A stretch of 28,124 nucleotides of DNA from IMG/VR virus record IMGVR_UViG_3300009164_000283, positions 1-28,124 of that record. The stretch is one strand, 5' to 3'. Made by a program: the position numbers and the translations under genes. Positions 25,269 to 28,124 of this stretch are shown here, one piece after another. The notes under the pieces are model-generated. The model had not been told where the DNA came from and ran no database searches. It saw nothing but the letters and a program-made list of their open reading frames with translations. This stretch comes from a virus (lineage: Duplodnaviria; Caudoviricetes). The first letter of the stretch is position 1. Each line of letters starts with the position of its first letter.

Positions 25269-28124
25269 TTAAAGTGCGGCAATTACAAATGCCAAGAGTT
25301 CTTCGTAGCGAATACCAAGTCGGGTTTTTGATACGGCGTTTGGCGTTTCTGCGGTGTAAAAACCATCATTGTTTCGTGGCTCTCCATCGACTTCATACCA
25401 AGTATCAGAACACCACAATGCGTAACGTGTTGCATCCAAGCCGTGTTTTGCAAATGCTTCTTGAACATCTTGAGCAACTACACCAATGTGGATACGAGCA
25501 CCATCACCTTTTTCTGCCACGGCAGATTTCCAGCGGAATGACTTAAACAAGCCTTTAATTTCTTGGGCAACCGCCAATTCAGCCGCAGATAAATCTTGAA
25601 TGTCTTGCTTTTCGTTTCTGTCTGATGTATTAATTACAGGATTAGATGCATACAAAGTATTCCATCTAAGTGAAGCCAAGCCTAAATTTAAAGTATTGTC
25701 TGGGCTTGGATAAAGGCGGTCAGTGTCCCAGCCATACCTAACGCTAGGGCTACCTGAAATATTTGGATACAAAAATCCAGTTGCATTTCCATCGTGGTAA
25801 TAACGAACATATCCATCACCATCAGATATTGCAATTCTGCTGTTTGCTGTGCGAATATCTATTCCGTTTTGGTTGCCCGAAAAGCGACCAAGGATGGTAT
25901 TTTTAGTTCCTGTTGATATAAGGTATCCAGAGTTGTTACCAAAGAAAGTGTTGTACCCACCAGTTGTGTTATAGCCAGAATACAATCCTACATAAGTATT
26001 TACGCCATTAGTTGTACTCGAATACCCTGCAAAAGTACCAACAAATACGTTTTCTTGACCTGTTGTATTATTGTATCCCGCTTGATATCCAACAGCTGTG
26101 TTGTAAAGCGCTGTGGTGTTGTACGCTAACGCACCGCCACCAAATGCGGCATTATATGAACCAGTTGTGTTATATCGCAATGCGGAATATACGCTGTACG
26201 AAGTACCGAATGCGACATTTTCAGAGCCTGTGGTGTTGGCATACATGACTGCACGACCAAAAGCAGAATTGCCATTTCCTGTCGTGTTGGAATACAAAGC
26301 GTTTTGTCCAAAAGCCTCAATAAAACTTCCAGTTGTATTACTATACGCCGCTTGAAAACCTACAGCAGTGTTGTTAGATGCTGTGGTGTTTTGCGCTAAT
26401 GCAGAAATTCCCAGTGCAGTGTTGTATGAACCAGTTGTATTATTTTGCATTGTTGCAAGATTGGTTCCGGGAATTGAACCCCCAACGGCAACGTTCTGTG
26501 CGCCTGTTGTATTACCATATAAAACGGTATAACCTACAGCAGTATTGTTAGATGCTGTGTTGACTTTTAAAGCCTGTGAACCAACCGCAGTTGAATACTG
26601 GAAGTTATTGCCAGCAGAACTGTACAGAGCTTGGTATCCAACAGCTACGTTGTCGTATGTACCAGCTTGTGGGTAAAACAATGCTTGATAGCCAATAGCA
26701 GTGTTGTTGTTGCCTGAACTACTACCGTTTGTATAAGCGGCTTGGTAACCAACAGCGGTGTTGTTTGATCCTGCTGTGTTGGAACCAAGTGCTGATTGAC
26801 CAACCGCTACGTTTTGGGAGCCTGTGGTGTTGGCTAACATGGCGGTATAACCAAATGCAGAGTTGTTACCGCCTGTTGTATTTCCTTGGAGTGCGGCTTG
26901 TCCAAAAGCCTCATTCAAAGCGCCAGTTGTATTGTATTTAAGGGCATATTGACCAACAGCCGTGTTTTGTACGCCTGTTGTGTTTGTATATGCCGCTTGA
27001 TAACCGACTGCGGTGTTGCCTGATGCTGTGGTGTTTGAATAGAGAGCGGTTGTTCCAAGTGCGGTATTTGAGTCACCAGTTGTGTTGCTATACCCCGCTT
27101 GAAATCCAATAGCAGTTAAATATGCGCCTGTTGTATTGCTAAAACCAGCACGATAACCTACCCCTGAATTTTGATTTGCTGATGTAGTAGCATACAAAGA
27201 TTGATAACCTAATGCAGTGTTTTGTCCACCTGTTGTAATAGCTTGTAAAGTACTTTGACCTATGGCTGTGTTGGAATTACCTGTTGCTGTTCCATTTTGA
27301 GCATATGCTCCAGTACCAACTGCTGTATTCCCAGCACCTGTAGTATTTGTATATCCCGATTGATATCCAATAAATGTATTTGTGGCTGTTGTATTGCTAT
27401 ACCCTGCTTGAAAACCTACTATTGTACTGTTAGCCCCTGTGGTGTTTGTGTAAGCCGACTGATATCCCACAGCAGTGTTTCCAGATGCTGTGGTGTTTGC
27501 AACTAAGGCTTGCATACCCACTGCTGTGTTATACCCACCTGTAGTATTGCTATAAAGCGCACTTACACCGCTGGCAGTATTTCTTACGCCAGTAGAATTA
27601 GTATAAAGAGCCGCACCGCCAGTTGCTGTATTGTATTCACCTGTGGTATTGCTATATCCCGCCTGATAACCTACAGCAGTGTTGTTTGCGCCACTTAGAT
27701 TGCTATACTGAGCTTGATAACCAACGGATACATTATTACTTCCGCCCGTGCCTCCTGAAGCGTATTGAGCTTGATAGCCAATACCCACGTTAGAGCCGCC
27801 GACAGATACTAAATAACCAGCCTGATAACCCAACCAAGAGTTTGAGCCATTGCTTGAGCCCGCCGCATAGTAACCTGATTGATAACCTATGGCGGTGCTG
27901 TAGGATGCTGTAGTGTTAGATTGCAATGAACCTGAACCAACAGCAGTATTAGATGCTCCTGTGGTTGTGTTGTAAGAAGAATATGCGCCAATAGCGGTAT
28001 TGTCATTGGAAGTAGTAGATAACACTAATGCAAATCTACCAATTGCAGTATTTCTTGTTCCCGTAGTATTGGTTTGCAAAGAGCCTGCACCAACAGAAGT
28101 ATTTTCTGCGCCCGTAGTCAATGA
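25269..28124 (-). CDS. Tail fibre / receptor-binding protein with beta-helical repeats and C-terminal intramolecular chaperone (peptidase S74), 5'-truncated
   Basis: Dozens of 14-aa NTAVGxxALxxNTT(G) repeats; TSDRNEKQDI autocleavage motif, HIGVVAQDV and GIRYEELL. The frame is open to the window edge. Confidence 0.88.
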   Translation of the reverse strand, partial: SLTTGAENTSVGAGSLQTNTTGTRNTAIGRFALVLSTTSNDNTAIGAYSSYNTTTGASNTAVGSGSLQSNTTASYSTAIGYQSGYYAAGSSNGSNSWLGYQAGYLVSVGGSNVGIGYQAQYASGGTGGSNNVSVGYQAQYSNLSGANNTAVGYQAGYSNTTGEYNTATGGAALYTNSTGVRNTASGVSALYSNTTGGYNTAVGMQALVANTTASGNTAVGYQSAYTNTTGANSTIVGFQAGYSNTTATNTFIGYQSGYTNTTGAGNTAVGTGAYAQNGTATGNSNTAIGQSTLQAITTGGQNTALGYQSLYATTSANQNSGVGYRAGFSNTTGAYLTAIGFQAGYSNTTGDSNTALGTTALYSNTTASGNTAVGYQAAYTNTTGVQNTAVGQYALKYNTTGALNEAFGQAALQGNTTGGNNSAFGYTAMLANTTGSQNVAVGQSALGSNTAGSNNTAVGYQAAYTNGSSSGNNNTAIGYQALFYPQAGTYDNVAVGYQALYSSAGNNFQYSTAVGSQALKVNTASNNTAVGYTVLYGNTTGAQNVAVGGSIPGTNLATMQNNTTGSYNTALGISALAQNTTASNNTAVGFQAAYSNTTGSFIEAFGQNALYSNTTGNGNSAFGRAVMYANTTGSENVAFGTSYSVYSALRYNTTGSYNAAFGGGALAYNTTALYNTAVGYQAGYNNTTGQENVFVGTFAGYSSTTNGVNTYVGLYSGYNTTGGYNTFFGNNSGYLISTGTKNTILGRFSGNQNGIDIRTANSRIAISDGDGYVRYYHDGNATGFLYPNISGSPSVRYGWDTDRLYPSPDNTLNLGLASLRWNTLYASNPVINTSDRNEKQDIQDLSAAELAVAQEIKGLFKSFRWKSAVAEKGDGARIHIGVVAQDVQEAFAKHGLDATRYALWCSDTWYEVDGEPRNNDGFYTAETPNAVSKTRLGIRYEELLAFVIAAL

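Noticed and set aside
25269-28124. Fibre repeats as a CRISPR array or DGR template/variable repeat
   Set aside because: The repeats are in-frame and degenerate at synonymous sites, with no constant repeat-spacer period, no adenine-specific mismatch pattern and no reverse transcriptase in the window.
1-28124. tRNA genes, T7-type RNA polymerase promoters and att core sites
   Set aside because: No cloverleaf or repeated 20-23 bp promoter consensus was recognised by eye and intergenic space is minimal. tRNAscan and motif searches would be needed to exclude them formally.

Overview
This window is part of a tailed dsDNA phage genome with podovirus-like, two-arm organisation. The + strand arm (1-12576) is a tightly coupled early/replication operon. 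It carries the C-terminal part of an ADP-ribosylglycohydrolase, a tyrosine integrase, a T7-like primase-helicase, a family A DNA polymerase (Tyr762 type), SSB, a 5'-3' exonuclease, an HNH nuclease, class Ia ribonucleotide reductase alpha and beta subunits, and many small ORFs, several too short for the supplied track (one is RMF-like). The - strand arm (12588-28124) converges on it. It carries a beta-helical tail fibre with an S74 chaperone (5' end outside the window), membrane/lysis genes (holin-like protein, GH24 lysozyme), a ferritin-like protein, an HExxH peptidase and a block of putative internal virion/ejection proteins. The most notable observation is an ADP-ribosyltransferase-like domain (LYHGT...SFTS...ESE) in the C-terminal third of the 1708-aa putative ejection protein, bracketed by AxGG motifs. 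Because the same genome encodes an ADP-ribosylglycohydrolase, this is a candidate phage-encoded writer/eraser ADP-ribosylation system. No tRNA, rRNA, CRISPR array, capsid, terminase or RNA polymerase gene was recognised. All family calls come from motif recognition by eye, not database searches.
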